DNA from: an uncultured Microthrixaceae bacterium
GTDB taxonomy: Bacteria; Actinomycetota; Acidimicrobiia; Acidimicrobiales; Acidimicrobilacustridaceae
Direction of reading: 5' to 3'
Assembly: GCA_963773335.1 (NCBI GenBank)
Contig: CAVZAT010000004.1
Span: forward strand, 1,667,785-1,731,784
DNA: 64,000 nt
Shown here one piece after another: positions 37,635 through 47,436 of the stretch. A program made the translations under genes and the position numbers. A model generated the notes under the pieces. It ran no database searches. It saw nothing but the letters and a program-made list of their open reading frames with translations, and was not told the DNA's origin. Within the stretch, counting starts at the first letter, position 1. Every line of letters starts with the position of its first letter.

Positions 37635-38080
37635 CTGCATCGGTGACGTCGGAGAAGTCCATCAACACCCTCGAGCTGCCGTACCGGCGCAGCACCGGAC
37701 CGGTAGTCGGTGCCTTCCTCGGCGGCCTGCGCGACCGTCAGGTCCTCGGCAGCCGGACCGCCGGCGGGCGGGTGATCGTCCCACCGCTCGAGTACGACCC
37801 GGAGACCGGCGATGTCGTCGACGAGCTGGTCGAGGTCGGCTCGGCCGGGGTCGTCACCTCCTGGGCCTGGGTCGCCGAGCCGCTGCGCAACCACCCCCTC
37901 GACCGGCCGTTCGCCTGGGTGATGGTGCAGCTGGACGGGGCCGACACCTCGCTCGTGCACGCCCTCGACACCGGCCGCGCCGACGCGGTTTCGACCGGGA
38001 TGCGGGTGCGGATCCGATGGGCCGAGGCCAGCGAGGGCCACATCCTCGACATCGCCTGCTTCGAACCGGAGGACGGCTGA
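37625..38080 (+). CDS. DUF35 OB-fold protein.
   Basis: ...PPLEYDPETGDVVDELVEVGSAGVVTSWAWV...MRVRIRW. Stop/start overlap (TGATG) with the next gene. Confidence 0.65.
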   Translation: MCSTASVTSEKSINTLELPYRRSTGPVVGAFLGGLRDRQVLGSRTAGGRVIVPPLEYDPETGDVVDELVEVGSAGVVTSWAWVAEPLRNHPLDRPFAWVMVQLDGADTSLVHALDTGRADAVSTGMRVRIRWAEASEGHILDIACFEPEDG

Positions 38081-38628
38081 TGGCGACGGAGTCGCAGGAC
38101 GAGGGCGGACCGGTCCGCTTCATGCACCAGCACATCGCCCTCGACTACGAGATGCACGTCAGCCCCCTCGCCCAGCGGTTCGCCGAGCTGCTGCAGGCCG
38201 GACAGATCGTTGGGAGCCGCTGCCCCCAGTGCGCGCTGGTGTACGTGCCCATCCGGTCCTTCTGCCCGATGTGCACCGTTGCCATGGACCAGGGCGACGA
38301 CGCGCCGCTGCCCGACCACGGCACGGTGACCTCGTTCACGATCCTCACGCCGATCCAGTACCACGGCCAGAAGGAGCGGGAGGACTACGCGCTCGCCAGC
38401 ATCCTGATCGACGGAGCTGACGGCACGATCGGCCAACAGCGACTCAGCGACGGACCTCTCGACACGTTTCGCATGGGGATGCGAGTCGAGGCGGTGTGGG
38501 CACCCGAGGACGAGCGGGCCATCGATCCCGCCGACCGCGGCCGCGGCTTCGGCAACGCCATTCGGTGCTGGCGCCCCACCGGCGAGCCCGACGTGCCCGC
38601 CGACGAGTTCGCGAAGCACGTGCTCTGA
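38080..38628 (+). CDS. DUF35 protein with a rubredoxin-like zinc ribbon plus an OB fold.
   Basis: GSRCPQCALVYVPIRSFCPMC...GTVTSFTIL...MRVEAVW. Confidence 0.7.
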   Translation: MATESQDEGGPVRFMHQHIALDYEMHVSPLAQRFAELLQAGQIVGSRCPQCALVYVPIRSFCPMCTVAMDQGDDAPLPDHGTVTSFTILTPIQYHGQKEREDYALASILIDGADGTIGQQRLSDGPLDTFRMGMRVEAVWAPEDERAIDPADRGRGFGNAIRCWRPTGEPDVPADEFAKHVL

Positions 38629-39686
38629 TGGCCCGCGACGTCGCCATCGTCTCGTTCGCCCAGGCACCCTCGACCTACGGCGTCACCCAGACCGAACCCC
38701 AGATGCTCTTCCCTGTGATCGCGGAGGCCATCGAGCGCTCCGGCATACCCCGCAAGGAGATCGGATTCACCTGCTCGGGCAGCGCCGACTACCTGGCCGG
38801 AGCCACCTTCGCCTTCGTCGGCAACCTCGAGGCCACCGGCGCCTGGCCACCCATCTCCGAGAGCCACGTCGAGATGGACGGCGCGTGGGCGCTCTACGAG
38901 GCCTGGGTGCGGCTGCAGCACGGCGACGTCAACACGGCGCTGGTGTTCTCGTCGGGCATCTCCTCGCGTGGCGACCTGCGCGAGGTGCTCTGCCTGCAGA
39001 ACGACCCCTACTACCTGATGCCGCTGTGGGCCGATCACGTGTCGCTGGCCGCCCTGCAGGCCCGGGCGCTGCTCGACACGGGTCGGGTGACCGAGACCGA
39101 CCTGGCCGAGGTGGCCGCCCGCAGCCGGCGCGCCGCGACGACGAATCCCCTGGCCCAGGTGGCCGGCGACGTCGACGCCGAGGCGATGGCGGCTGCGCCC
39201 TACGTCGTGGCCCCCCTCCGATCGGGCGATTGCCCGCCCGTGTCGGATTGCGCCGCCGCCGTGGTGCTGGTGGCCGGCGATCGAGCCCGCGAGGTGTGCG
39301 AGCGCCCGGCATGGATCCGGGGCATCGACCACCGCATCGAGCCCCACTACCCGGGTGTGCGCGACCTGACCACGAGCCGGTCCACCCGGCTGGCGGCGCA
39401 GCACGCCGGCGTGGCCGATGCTCCGGTCGAGGTGGCCGAGCTGAGCGCGGCCTTCAGCCACGAGGAGCTCATCCTGCGCGCCGCCCTCGACCTGGGCGAT
39501 GACGTCGAGGTCAACCCCTCCGGTGGTGCCCTGGCCGCCAACCCACTCATGGTCACCGGCCTGATCCGCATCGGCGAGGCCTTCCGCCACATCCACGAGA
39601 ACGGCCGCCGCCGCACCCTCGGCCACGCCGCGTCGGGGCCGTGCCTGCAGCAGAACCTCGTCTGCGTCCTGGAAGGAGACCGCTGA
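38628..39686 (+). CDS. Thiolase-fold lipid-transfer protein (Ltp/SCP-x-type).
   Basis: 352 aa, intact. VNPSGGALAANPLMVTGLIRIGEA. ATGA-type overlaps on both sides. Confidence 0.7.
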   Translation: MARDVAIVSFAQAPSTYGVTQTEPQMLFPVIAEAIERSGIPRKEIGFTCSGSADYLAGATFAFVGNLEATGAWPPISESHVEMDGAWALYEAWVRLQHGDVNTALVFSSGISSRGDLREVLCLQNDPYYLMPLWADHVSLAALQARALLDTGRVTETDLAEVAARSRRAATTNPLAQVAGDVDAEAMAAAPYVVAPLRSGDCPPVSDCAAAVVLVAGDRAREVCERPAWIRGIDHRIEPHYPGVRDLTTSRSTRLAAQHAGVADAPVEVAELSAAFSHEELILRAALDLGDDVEVNPSGGALAANPLMVTGLIRIGEAFRHIHENGRRRTLGHAASGPCLQQNLVCVLEGDR

Positions 39687-40831
39687 TGGCCGAGCGCTGC
39701 GCCGTCGTCGGCGTCGGGCAGACGCACCACACCAAGGTGCCGCGACGACGTGTCCCTCGCCGGGCTCCTCCGCGAGGCGGGGCAGCGGGCGCTCGACGAT
39801 GCCGAGATGACCTGGTCCGATGTCGACGCCGTCGTGATCGGCACCGCTCCCGACTCCTTCGAGGGCGTCATGATGCCGGAGCTGTACCTGGCCGACGCCC
39901 TCGGGGCGGCCGGCAAACCGATCATGCGGGTCCACACCGCCGGCAGCGTCGGCGGCTCCACCGCCATCGTCGCCTCCCACCTGGTCGAGTCCGGCATCCG
40001 CCGGCGGGTCCTCACCCTCGCCTTCGAGAAGCAGTCCGAGGGCGACACCACCTGGGCACTCGGTGGCGGCCGCAGCGGTGGCGTCGGGGCCGGCGGCTAC
40101 TTCGCGCCCGACATCCGCGCCTACATCGCCCGCTCGAACGCCCCCGAACACGTCGGGTGGATGGTGGCGGTCAAGGACCGGAAGAACGCCATGAAGAACA
40201 CCTACGCCCACCTCAAGGTCCCCGACATCAGCCTGGAGATGGTGCGCGACTCCCCCATGGTGTGGGACCCGGTCCGCCGGCTGGAGAGCTGCCCGGCCTC
40301 CGACGGCGCCTGCGCGATGGTGCTCACCGACGAGGCCGGCGGCGACGCCGCTTCGAAGCCACCGGCCTGGGTGCACGGCACCGCGGTGCGCAGCGAGCTC
40401 GGCCAGTTCCCCGGTCGAGACCCGGTGAACCCCCGCGGTGGCCAGGACTGCGCCGCCGACGTGTATCGCCAGGCCGGGATCACCAACCCCCTCGAGGAGG
40501 TCGACGTGGTCGAGTGCTACGTGCCGTTCAGCTGGTACGAACCGATGTGGATGGAGAACCTCGGCTTCGCGCCGCTCGGCGACGGTTGGCGGCTCACCGA
40601 GGACGGCGAGACCAGCTCGGCGGCACGCTGCCCGTCAATCCGTCGGGCGGGGTCCTCTCGTCCAACCCGATCGGCGCCAGCGGCATGCTGCGCTTCGCCG
40701 AGGCGGCCCAACAGGTGCGGGGCTGCGCCGGCGAGCACCAGGTCGCCGACGTCCGCACGGCCGTCGGCCACGCCTACGGTGGCGCCGCCCAGTACTTCGC
40801 CATGTGGGTGCTCCGGGACGAGAAGCCGTGA
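39686..40831 (+). pseudogene. Thiolase-fold lipid-transfer protein (Ltp-type) with two frame breaks near 39745 and 40610.
   Basis: The start (MAERCAVVGVGQTHHTK) and end (LGGTLPVNPSGGVLSSNPIGASGMLRFAEAAQQVRG...) lie in the frame of ORF 39641..40831. The middle 290 aa lie in the frame of ORF 39750..40898. Confidence 0.7.
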
Positions 40832-41650
40832 CCGCCACCGAGACTCCGGCCGACCAGCACCTGCTCGTGGAGCGGGACGGCGCACGTGCTGGTGCTGACG
40901 ATGAACCGGCCCGAACGGCGCAACGCACTGTCGGGTTCGATGCTGGCGAAGCTGTGCGAGGCGTGGGACGAGGTCGAACGCCAACCCCGACATCCGCGTC
41001 GTGATCCTCACCGGTGCGGGCGGCTGGTTCTGCGCCGGCGCCGACCTGCAGGCGATGACCGAGACCCACCCCGGCGACGCGTTCGAGCGCAGCGACGGGA
41101 GCCCGACATCGCGAGCGGCGTGATCAAACCACTGCTCGAAGGGCTTCCTGCTGACAAGCCGCTCATCGCGGCCGTCGAGGGCGCCGCGGTCGCCGGCGGC
41201 ACCGAGATTCTGCAGGGCACCGACATCCGCATCGCCGGCGAGTGCGCCCGCTTCGGCGTGTCCGAGGTGCGCTGGAGCCTCTACCCGCTCGGCGGATCGG
41301 TGGTGCGCCTGCGCCGACAGATCCCCTACGCGATGGCCGCCGACATCCTCTTGACGGGCCGGCACCTGTTCGCGCCGCCGAAGCGAAGGACATCGGGCTG
41401 ATCACCGAGGTGGTGCCCGACGGCACCGCGCTCGACCGGGCCCGCGAGGTGGCGGCCAAGGTCGCCGCCAACGGGCCGATCGCGGTGCAGGCGGTGCTGC
41501 GGGCGCTCCGAGCCACCGAGGGCGTGCCCGAGTCGGAGGCGATGCGCATCGACTCGGAGATCGGCATGGCGGTGTTCATGAGCGAAGATGCCAAGGAAGG
41601 ACCGCTCGCCTTCATGGAGAAGCGCGAGCCGCAGTTCAAGGGGACGCTGA
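40828..41650 (+). pseudogene. Enoyl-CoA hydratase/isomerase-family protein with at least four frame breaks.
   Basis: Pieces: VTATETPADQHLLVERDG / HVLVLTMNRPERRNAL...WDEVER / NPDIRVVILTGAGGWFCAGADL / ...PLIAAVEGAAVAGGTEIL...LLTGRHL / AAEAKDIGLITEVVPDG...FMEKREPQFKG. Breaks lie near 40878, 40975, 41100 and 41385. Confidence 0.7.
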
Positions 41651-41655
41651 GATGG

Positions 41656-42893
41656 ATGTACAGAGATCAACCTGCTCGACCGGGACCGCTTCACCGAGGG
41701 CATCCCTCACGAGTGGTTCACCTAGCTGCGGGCCAACGACGCCGGTGCACTACCACCCCGAGCCCGACGGCCCGGGCTTCTGGGTGGTCACGAAGCACGC
41801 GGACGTGATCATCTGCAACCGCGACGCCGGCACCTTCTCGTCGGCCGCGTCGAGGGTGGCGTCGTCGGCCTCGAGGCTCGTGAGATCGACGAGCAGGAAG
41901 CGGCGATGACCGGGAACCTCATGCTCTACATGGACCCGCCCGACCACACCCGCTACCGCAAGCTGGTCAACCGCGGCTTCACGCCCCGCATGATCGGCAT
42001 GCTCGAGCCCCGCATCCGCGGAGCTCACCGCCCACATCCTCGACCGGGCGCTGCGCCAAGGACGCACCTGCGACTTCGTCGTCGACATCGCCGCCGAGCT
42101 GCCGCTCGAAGTCATCGCCGAGCTGATCGGCGTGCCCCACGAGGACCGCCACAAGATCTTCGACTGGATCGAACCGGATGGTCGGCTCCGAGGACCCCGA
42201 GTACCGAGTCACCGACGAGGAGGTCATCGACGGCCCAGGTCGAGATGTTCACGCTACGCCCAGCAGCTCGCGCGAGAAGCGCCGGGCCAAGCCGGAAGAC
42301 GACATCATCACCGCGCTGCTGAGCGCCGAGGTCGACGGCGAGTCGCTGTCCGACATGGACTTCAACCTGTTCTTCCTGCTGCTTGTCGGTTGCCGGCAAC
42401 GAGACGACCCGCAACGCCATCGCCCACGGCATGAACGCCTTCCTCGAGAACCCCGACGAGTACGAGCTGCTGGTCGACGAACCCGAGCCGCTAGCCACCG
42501 GGCGCGCGTCGGAGGAGATCCTGCGCTGGGCGACGCCGGTCATGTACTTCCGCCGCAACGCCACGCAGCGACGCCGAGTTGCGGCGGCCAGCAGATCCGG
42601 GCGGGCGACAAGATCAGCCTCTGGTACGTCTCGGCCAACCGCGACGAGGACGTGTTCGACGACCCGTTCCGCTTCGACATCAGCCGCTGACCCGAACAAC
42701 CACATCGCCTTCGGCGGGGGCGGGCCGCACTTCTGCCTCGGCGCCCAGCTGGCCCGGCATGGAGATCCAGGTGCTCTTCGAGGAGCTGGCCGAGCCGCTT
42801 CCCCAGGGTCGAGGCGCTCGGGCCCGCCCGACCGGCTCGCGGTCGAACTTCATCGGCGGCATCAAGCACCTGCCGGTGCGGCCGTCGGCCTAG
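41656..42893 (+). pseudogene. Cytochrome P450, CYP125/CYP124-like (steroid side-chain hydroxylase family). Many frame breaks plus an in-frame TAG.
   Basis: Recognisable blocks are scattered over three frames: INLLDRDRFTEGIPHEWFT-TAG-LRAND, PVHYHPEPDGPGFWVVTKHADV, LYMDPPDHTRYRKLVNRGFTPR, ELPLEVIAELIGVPHEDRHKIFDW, MVGSEDPEY, AGNETTRNAIAHGMNAF, EILRWATPVMYFRRNAT, FGGGGPHFCLGAQLAR (haem Cys), RSNFIGGIKHLPV. Confidence 0.75.
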
Positions 42894-42964
42894 GTTGGAC
42901 TACAGGATCCGGCCTTTCCATGACCTCCCGTAGACCCACCGGGACCATCGCGTAAGATCGAGGC

Positions 42965-43612
42965 GTGACGTTGGCCGATACCACCATCTCCGAGCTGACC
43001 CCGGAGCGCAGGAGCGTCGGCGGCGGCTCATCGAGGCGGCCTTCGAGCTGAGCGCCGAGGGCGGCTACGACGCCGTGCAGATGCGCGACGTGTCCATCAC
43101 GGCCAACGTGGCCCTGGCGACGATCTACCGGTACTTCTCGTCGAAGGACGATCTGCTCGGCCGCGGCCATGACCGAGTGGACCGCCCGGCTCCGCGACCG
43201 GGTGGCGCAGTCGCCGCCGCGCGGCGACACCCGGGTCGGACCAGCTCGCCGACATGCTGAGCCGGGCGTGCCACGCGATGCAACGCCAACCCAAGTTGAG
43301 CAAGGCGCTGGTGCGCGCGCTGGCTCGTCGGCCGACACCGGCGTGGCCGCCAGCGGGGCCGACGTGCAGGAGCAGATCGCTGCGATGGGCAATGAGATCC
43401 TGGCCGACCTCGACCCACACCCGGGCCGACATCCTCGGCGGCCATCGGCCACGTCTGGTACTCGACGCTGGTGGCGTGGGCCAACGGCCGGAGAGACTTC
43501 TCGTCGGTCGAACACCGAGCTCGAACGAGCCGCCCGCGTGCTGATCACCCCCTACGAGCAGCAGGTCGACGCGAACCGATCGCGGGACGATGGCGAGCGG
43601 TTGCCGCGCTAG
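42965..43612 (+). pseudogene. kstR: TetR-family repressor, KstR-like, multiply frameshifted.
   Basis: RRRLIEAAFELSAEGGYDAVQMRDVSITANVALATIYRYFSSKDDLL, AMQRQPKLSKALVRAL and GHVWYSTLVAWANGRRDFSSV...LERAARVLI parallel my recollection of M. tuberculosis KstR block by block. The blocks lie in different frames. Confidence 0.6.
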
Positions 43613-45157
43613 ATGGCCCGGTCGCGGCCTTCCCAGTAGGGATCGCGCAGCTTTCGTTTGAAGAGCTTGCCGGAGGGGTCCCGCGGCATGGTCCTCGATG
43701 AAGTCGATGGACTTCGGCTGTTTGAACTTGCCGAGACGATCGGCCAGGTAGGCGTAGATCGACTCGCGTAGTGCGTCGTCGGGCTCGACGCCGGGGGCGG
43801 GCTCGCACGACGGCTTTGATCTCCTCGCCCCAGTCCTCGTGGGGGATTCCGAACACGGCGACGTCGTCCACCCGGGGGCGCCGATCATCACACCCTCGAT
43901 CTCGGCAGGGTAGATGTTCACGCCGCCCGAGATGATCATGTCGGACTTGCGATCGCTAGGAACAGGTAGCCGTCCGTCGTCACAGGTACCCAAGTCGCCG
44001 ACTGTGAAGAAGCCGGCCCTGCGGTTCCCTTGGTCTTGGCGGGGTCCTTGTAGTACTCGAAGTCGGCCTGGGCGAGCACATGTAGACCGTGCCATCGGTG
44101 CCGGCGGGCAACTCTTGTGGTCGTCGTCGAGGATCCTGATCTCGCGACCCGTCCAGGCCATCCCCACCGAGCCGGGCTTCTCCAGCCACTCGTCGGCGGT
44201 GATGACGGTGCCGCCGCCTTCGGTCGCCGCGTAGTACTCGTAGATGACGCGCCCCACCAGTCGATCATCTCCCGCTTGATTCGGGCGGGCAGGGCGCTGC
44301 GGCATGGACCATCGAGCGCAGGCAGCACATGTCGTATCGGCCCCGCACGTCCTCGGGCAGGGCGAGCAGCCGGTGGAACTGCGTCGGCACCATGTGGCTG
44401 TTGGTGACTTTGTGGCGTCGATCAGCTCGATCATGCTCTCGGGGGTCCACCGATCCATCAGCACGAGCTGATGGCCCAGGTGCAACGAGCCCGACGCGAA
44501 GGCCAGCACGGCGGTGTGGTAGAGCGGCGAGCCGCACAGGTGGACGCTGCCGTCGTGGGCCTGGGTGCCGAAGAGCCGGAGCAGGAAGCTCGCTGCGACC
44601 GCGGCGGTCGTCGGGTTCGGCGCCCTACAGCTTGCGGCAAACGCCCTTGGGCTTCCCCGTCGTCCCTGACGTGTAGTGCATGGCCGCGCCCGTGGAACGG
44701 TCGTCGGGCGCGGTGCGGGCTGACCGTCGGTGAGCTCGGCCTAGGGGCGGAACCCCGGCACCTCACCGACGCTGAAGCGCCGATCCGCGGGCGAGGCCGA
44801 GTCGGTCGCCGCCACCTGGCAGGCCTCGCCGAAGCGCTCGTGGACGACGAGGGCGTCGGCCTCGCAGTCGTCGACGATGTAGGCGATCTCCGGGCCCACG
44901 AGGTGGTGGTTGATCGGGGTGATGTACCAGCCGGCCTGGGTGGCCGCGAAGTACAGCGCCAGCATCTCGATGCTGTTCGGCAGCACCGCGGCGATCCCGT
45001 CGCCCTCCCGCAGGCCGAGGGCCCGCAGGCCGTGCACCAGCCGGTTCGCCTGGGCGTGCAGGTCCCCGTGGGTGATCTCGCGCCCGTCGGGGTCGATTGC
45101 GGCCAGCCGCCCCGGGTCTTCCTGGGCCAGCGGCCAGAACCCCGTCGTCTCGCTCAT
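43609..45157 (-). pseudogene. AMP-dependent acyl-CoA synthetase (FadD-type), heavily degraded.
   Basis: The N-terminal 138 aa are intact (MSETTGFWPLAQ...LPNSIEMLALYFAATQAGWYITPINHHL). After that, AMHYTSGTTGKPKGV, YEYYAATEGGG, DMIISGGVNIYPAEIEG and FIEDLPRDPSGKLFKRKLRD are recoverable only through many frame changes, and in-frame stops are present. Confidence 0.75.
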
Positions 45158-46326
45158 CGCGAACCCTCCTGACGGCTGCGCTCGCGGCCCTCGGCCCACG
45201 TGAGCCCTTGATCCACGTCGATGTCGTGCGGGAGCCCCAGGATGCGCTCGGCGATGATGTTGCGCAACACCTCGGAGGTACCCCCGCCCACCGTCAGGGC
45301 CGGGCTGAAGAGGAACCCGTGGCTCCATGGCTCCCACACCGGGTCCTGAGCATCGCCCAACATCCCCGAGGCCCCCATCAGGTCCTTGGCGAGGGTGAAC
45401 ACGCTCTTGCCGTGCGGATCCTTCATCGCCTTGCGCAGCGAGGCGTCGGGACCGGGCTTCTTGTTCACCTGGGCCGAGATCTGGCGCAGCTGGTGATAGC
45501 GCATGATCTCTCCTTCGATGTAGCCGGCGACCAGTCGCTGCCGCTGCGGCGCCGGTAGTGCGTCGTCGCGGGAGCCGACCAGCTCGACCAGGTCGCGGAC
45601 GGTTGGGCCGTGCCCCCACTGGAGGCCGTCCCTGGAGAGCGACACCCGCTCGTTGGCCAGCGTCTCCTTGGCCATCGCCCACCCGCCGTGGAGCGGCCCG
45701 ATCAGGTTCTCGGCCGGCACCGCCACGTCGGTGAAGAACACCTCGCAGAACCCGGCGTCGCCGAAGGTGCCGACCATGTTGCGCAGCGGCCGGATCTCGA
45801 TGCCCGGCAGGTCCATCGGGACGATGAAGTAGGAGATCCCCGTGAACTTCGACGTGTCGACGTCGGTGCGGGCGATCAGGATCCCGAACTTCGCCACCTG
45901 GGCCAGCGACGTCCAGATCTTCTGGCCGTTCACCACGAAGACGTCGCCGTCGCGCACCGCCCGGGTCGAGAGAATCGCCAGGTCGGAGCCCGCCTCGGGC
46001 TCGCTGAAGAGCTGGCACCACAGCTCCTCGCCGCGCAGCATGGGCGGGAGATAGGTGGCCTTCTGCTCCTCCGTGCCGTGCACCACGATGACCGGGCCGC
46101 AGTGGCCGATGCCGACGGGGTTGAGCGGCTTGGCGACGCCGGCCCGCTTCAGCTCGTCGTCGATGATGAGCTGCAGCTCGGGCTCGGCGTCGAGGCCCCA
46201 CGGTTCGGGCCAGTGGGCCGTGACGTAGCCCGCCTCGACCAGCTGGGTGGGGGTGGGATCGGGGTGCTCGGCCAGCCAGGCCCGCACCTGCTGCCGTCGG
46301 GGGTCGTCCTCACTCGGAAGATCCAT
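45154..46326 (-). CDS. Acyl-CoA dehydrogenase (FadE-type).
   Basis: 390 aa, intact. ...WCQLFSEPEAGSDLA...GQKIWTS...GGGTSEVLRNIIAERILGLP. The stop overlaps the ATG of the degraded fadD (ATGA). Confidence 0.8.
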   Translation of the reverse strand: MDLPSEDDPRRQQVRAWLAEHPDPTPTQLVEAGYVTAHWPEPWGLDAEPELQLIIDDELKRAGVAKPLNPVGIGHCGPVIVVHGTEEQKATYLPPMLRGEELWCQLFSEPEAGSDLAILSTRAVRDGDVFVVNGQKIWTSLAQVAKFGILIARTDVDTSKFTGISYFIVPMDLPGIEIRPLRNMVGTFGDAGFCEVFFTDVAVPAENLIGPLHGGWAMAKETLANERVSLSRDGLQWGHGPTVRDLVELVGSRDDALPAPQRQRLVAGYIEGEIMRYHQLRQISAQVNKKPGPDASLRKAMKDPHGKSVFTLAKDLMGASGMLGDAQDPVWEPWSHGFLFSPALTVGGGTSEVLRNIIAERILGLPHDIDVDQGLTWAEGRERSRQEGSR

Positions 46327-46340
46327 GTCCACGTCCCAAG

Positions 46341-46354
46341 TAGAACACATTCTC
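46341..46354. promoter_or_regulatory. KstR-type operator-like box TAGAACACATTCTC.
   Basis: Lies 15 nt upstream of the fadE ATG. 13/14 identical to the reverse complement of the box at 37621..37634. Confidence 0.6.
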
Positions 46355-46427
46355 GTCCACGACGTCTGTTGAAATGGCCCATCTGGAGAAGAACGCGTTC
46401 TTGTGAGATCCGAGATCGTCGACCCCA

Positions 46428-47297
46428 CTACCGCTTGATGATCGGACGATGACCCCAGAAGCTGGGCTTGGTGATCTGGTAGGTCGCCGTCGCCGTCACG
46501 TCGTCGATGTGGAGGCCTCCCCAGCCCGCCTCGACCATGAAGCCGTCCGGCGTCTGGCAGTAGAACGAGATCATCTGATCGTTCGTGTGGCGCCCCAGCC
46601 CCATGACGACGGGCACGTCGTGATCGAGGCAGCGGTCCTGGGCCCGGCCGACGTCGTCGATCGTGGCCATCTCGACCATGAAGTGCCGCAGCAGCCCGGG
46701 CGCCGGCAATCCGCAACCGAACGCAAGGGTGTGGTGACGGGGGTTGCACCCGAGAAAGGCCATCGACATGTCGCCCAGGTACCAGGTGTTCCGCAGGTGG
46801 AACCCGAGATGGTCTCGATAGAAGTCGATCGACTCGTCGAGGTCGGGGACGGTGATGACGACGTGGCCGAACCCCATCTCGCCGGTGACGAAGCCCGACA
46901 CGAGCGGCGTCTGCGGCGCTTCGTGGTTCAAGATCGGACCGTGGAAGAGCTCGATCGGCCCTCCCGCGGGATCCTCGAACGACGCGAATCCGCTCACCAG
47001 CCGGTGGGCGGCCTCGTCGGCCGAGCCGAGCTCCACCGCGATGCCGGCCGCCTCGAGCGTCTCCACCAGCGCACGGAGATCACGGTCGTCGCCGACCTCG
47101 AAGCCGATCGCCGCCACCGACGCCTCGTCCCCCGGAGCGAGCATCAGCCGATAGGGATAGTCGTCCCAGCGGTAGTACTGCGCGTCCTCGTCGGGGCCCG
47201 ACGACGGCATGAGGCCGAGCACGTCGGTGGCGAACGTACGCCACGCGTCGAGGTTGGGAGTTCGCAGGTGCAGATATCCGAGCGACAGCACTGGCAT
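46428..47297 (-). CDS. Type I extradiol ring-cleavage dioxygenase (HsaC/BphC-like).
   Basis: MPVLSLGYLHL...FGHVVITVPDLDESIDFYRDHLGF...FLGCNPRHHTLAF...LGRHTNDQMISFY. Intact. Confidence 0.75.
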   Translation of the reverse strand: MPVLSLGYLHLRTPNLDAWRTFATDVLGLMPSSGPDEDAQYYRWDDYPYRLMLAPGDEASVAAIGFEVGDDRDLRALVETLEAAGIAVELGSADEAAHRLVSGFASFEDPAGGPIELFHGPILNHEAPQTPLVSGFVTGEMGFGHVVITVPDLDESIDFYRDHLGFHLRNTWYLGDMSMAFLGCNPRHHTLAFGCGLPAPGLLRHFMVEMATIDDVGRAQDRCLDHDVPVVMGLGRHTNDQMISFYCQTPDGFMVEAGWGGLHIDDVTATATYQITKPSFWGHRPIIKR

Positions 47298-47436
47298 GGA
47301 GAACCTCCGATCGGTACCGCCGCACGCTACGGGGCGGCGCACCCGCTCGCGTCGGCGGGATGCCGCTGGATGGAACTCGGGAAGGGCCGGCGTTGCATCG
47401 ATGCCGGAATCCGGTGGGCCGGCGCACGATCGTCGG

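Noticed and set aside
38385-40376. Very long ORFs on the strand opposite recognised genes: 38385..40376(-), 53987..56611(-), 8769..10568(+), 15181..16788(-), 46449..48065(+), and the N-terminal 550 aa of 35978..38080(+).
   Set aside because: These are Arg/Gly/Pro/His-rich, low-complexity translations with no family resemblance, lying antisense to genes with clear motifs. They are typical shadow ORFs of GC-rich DNA.
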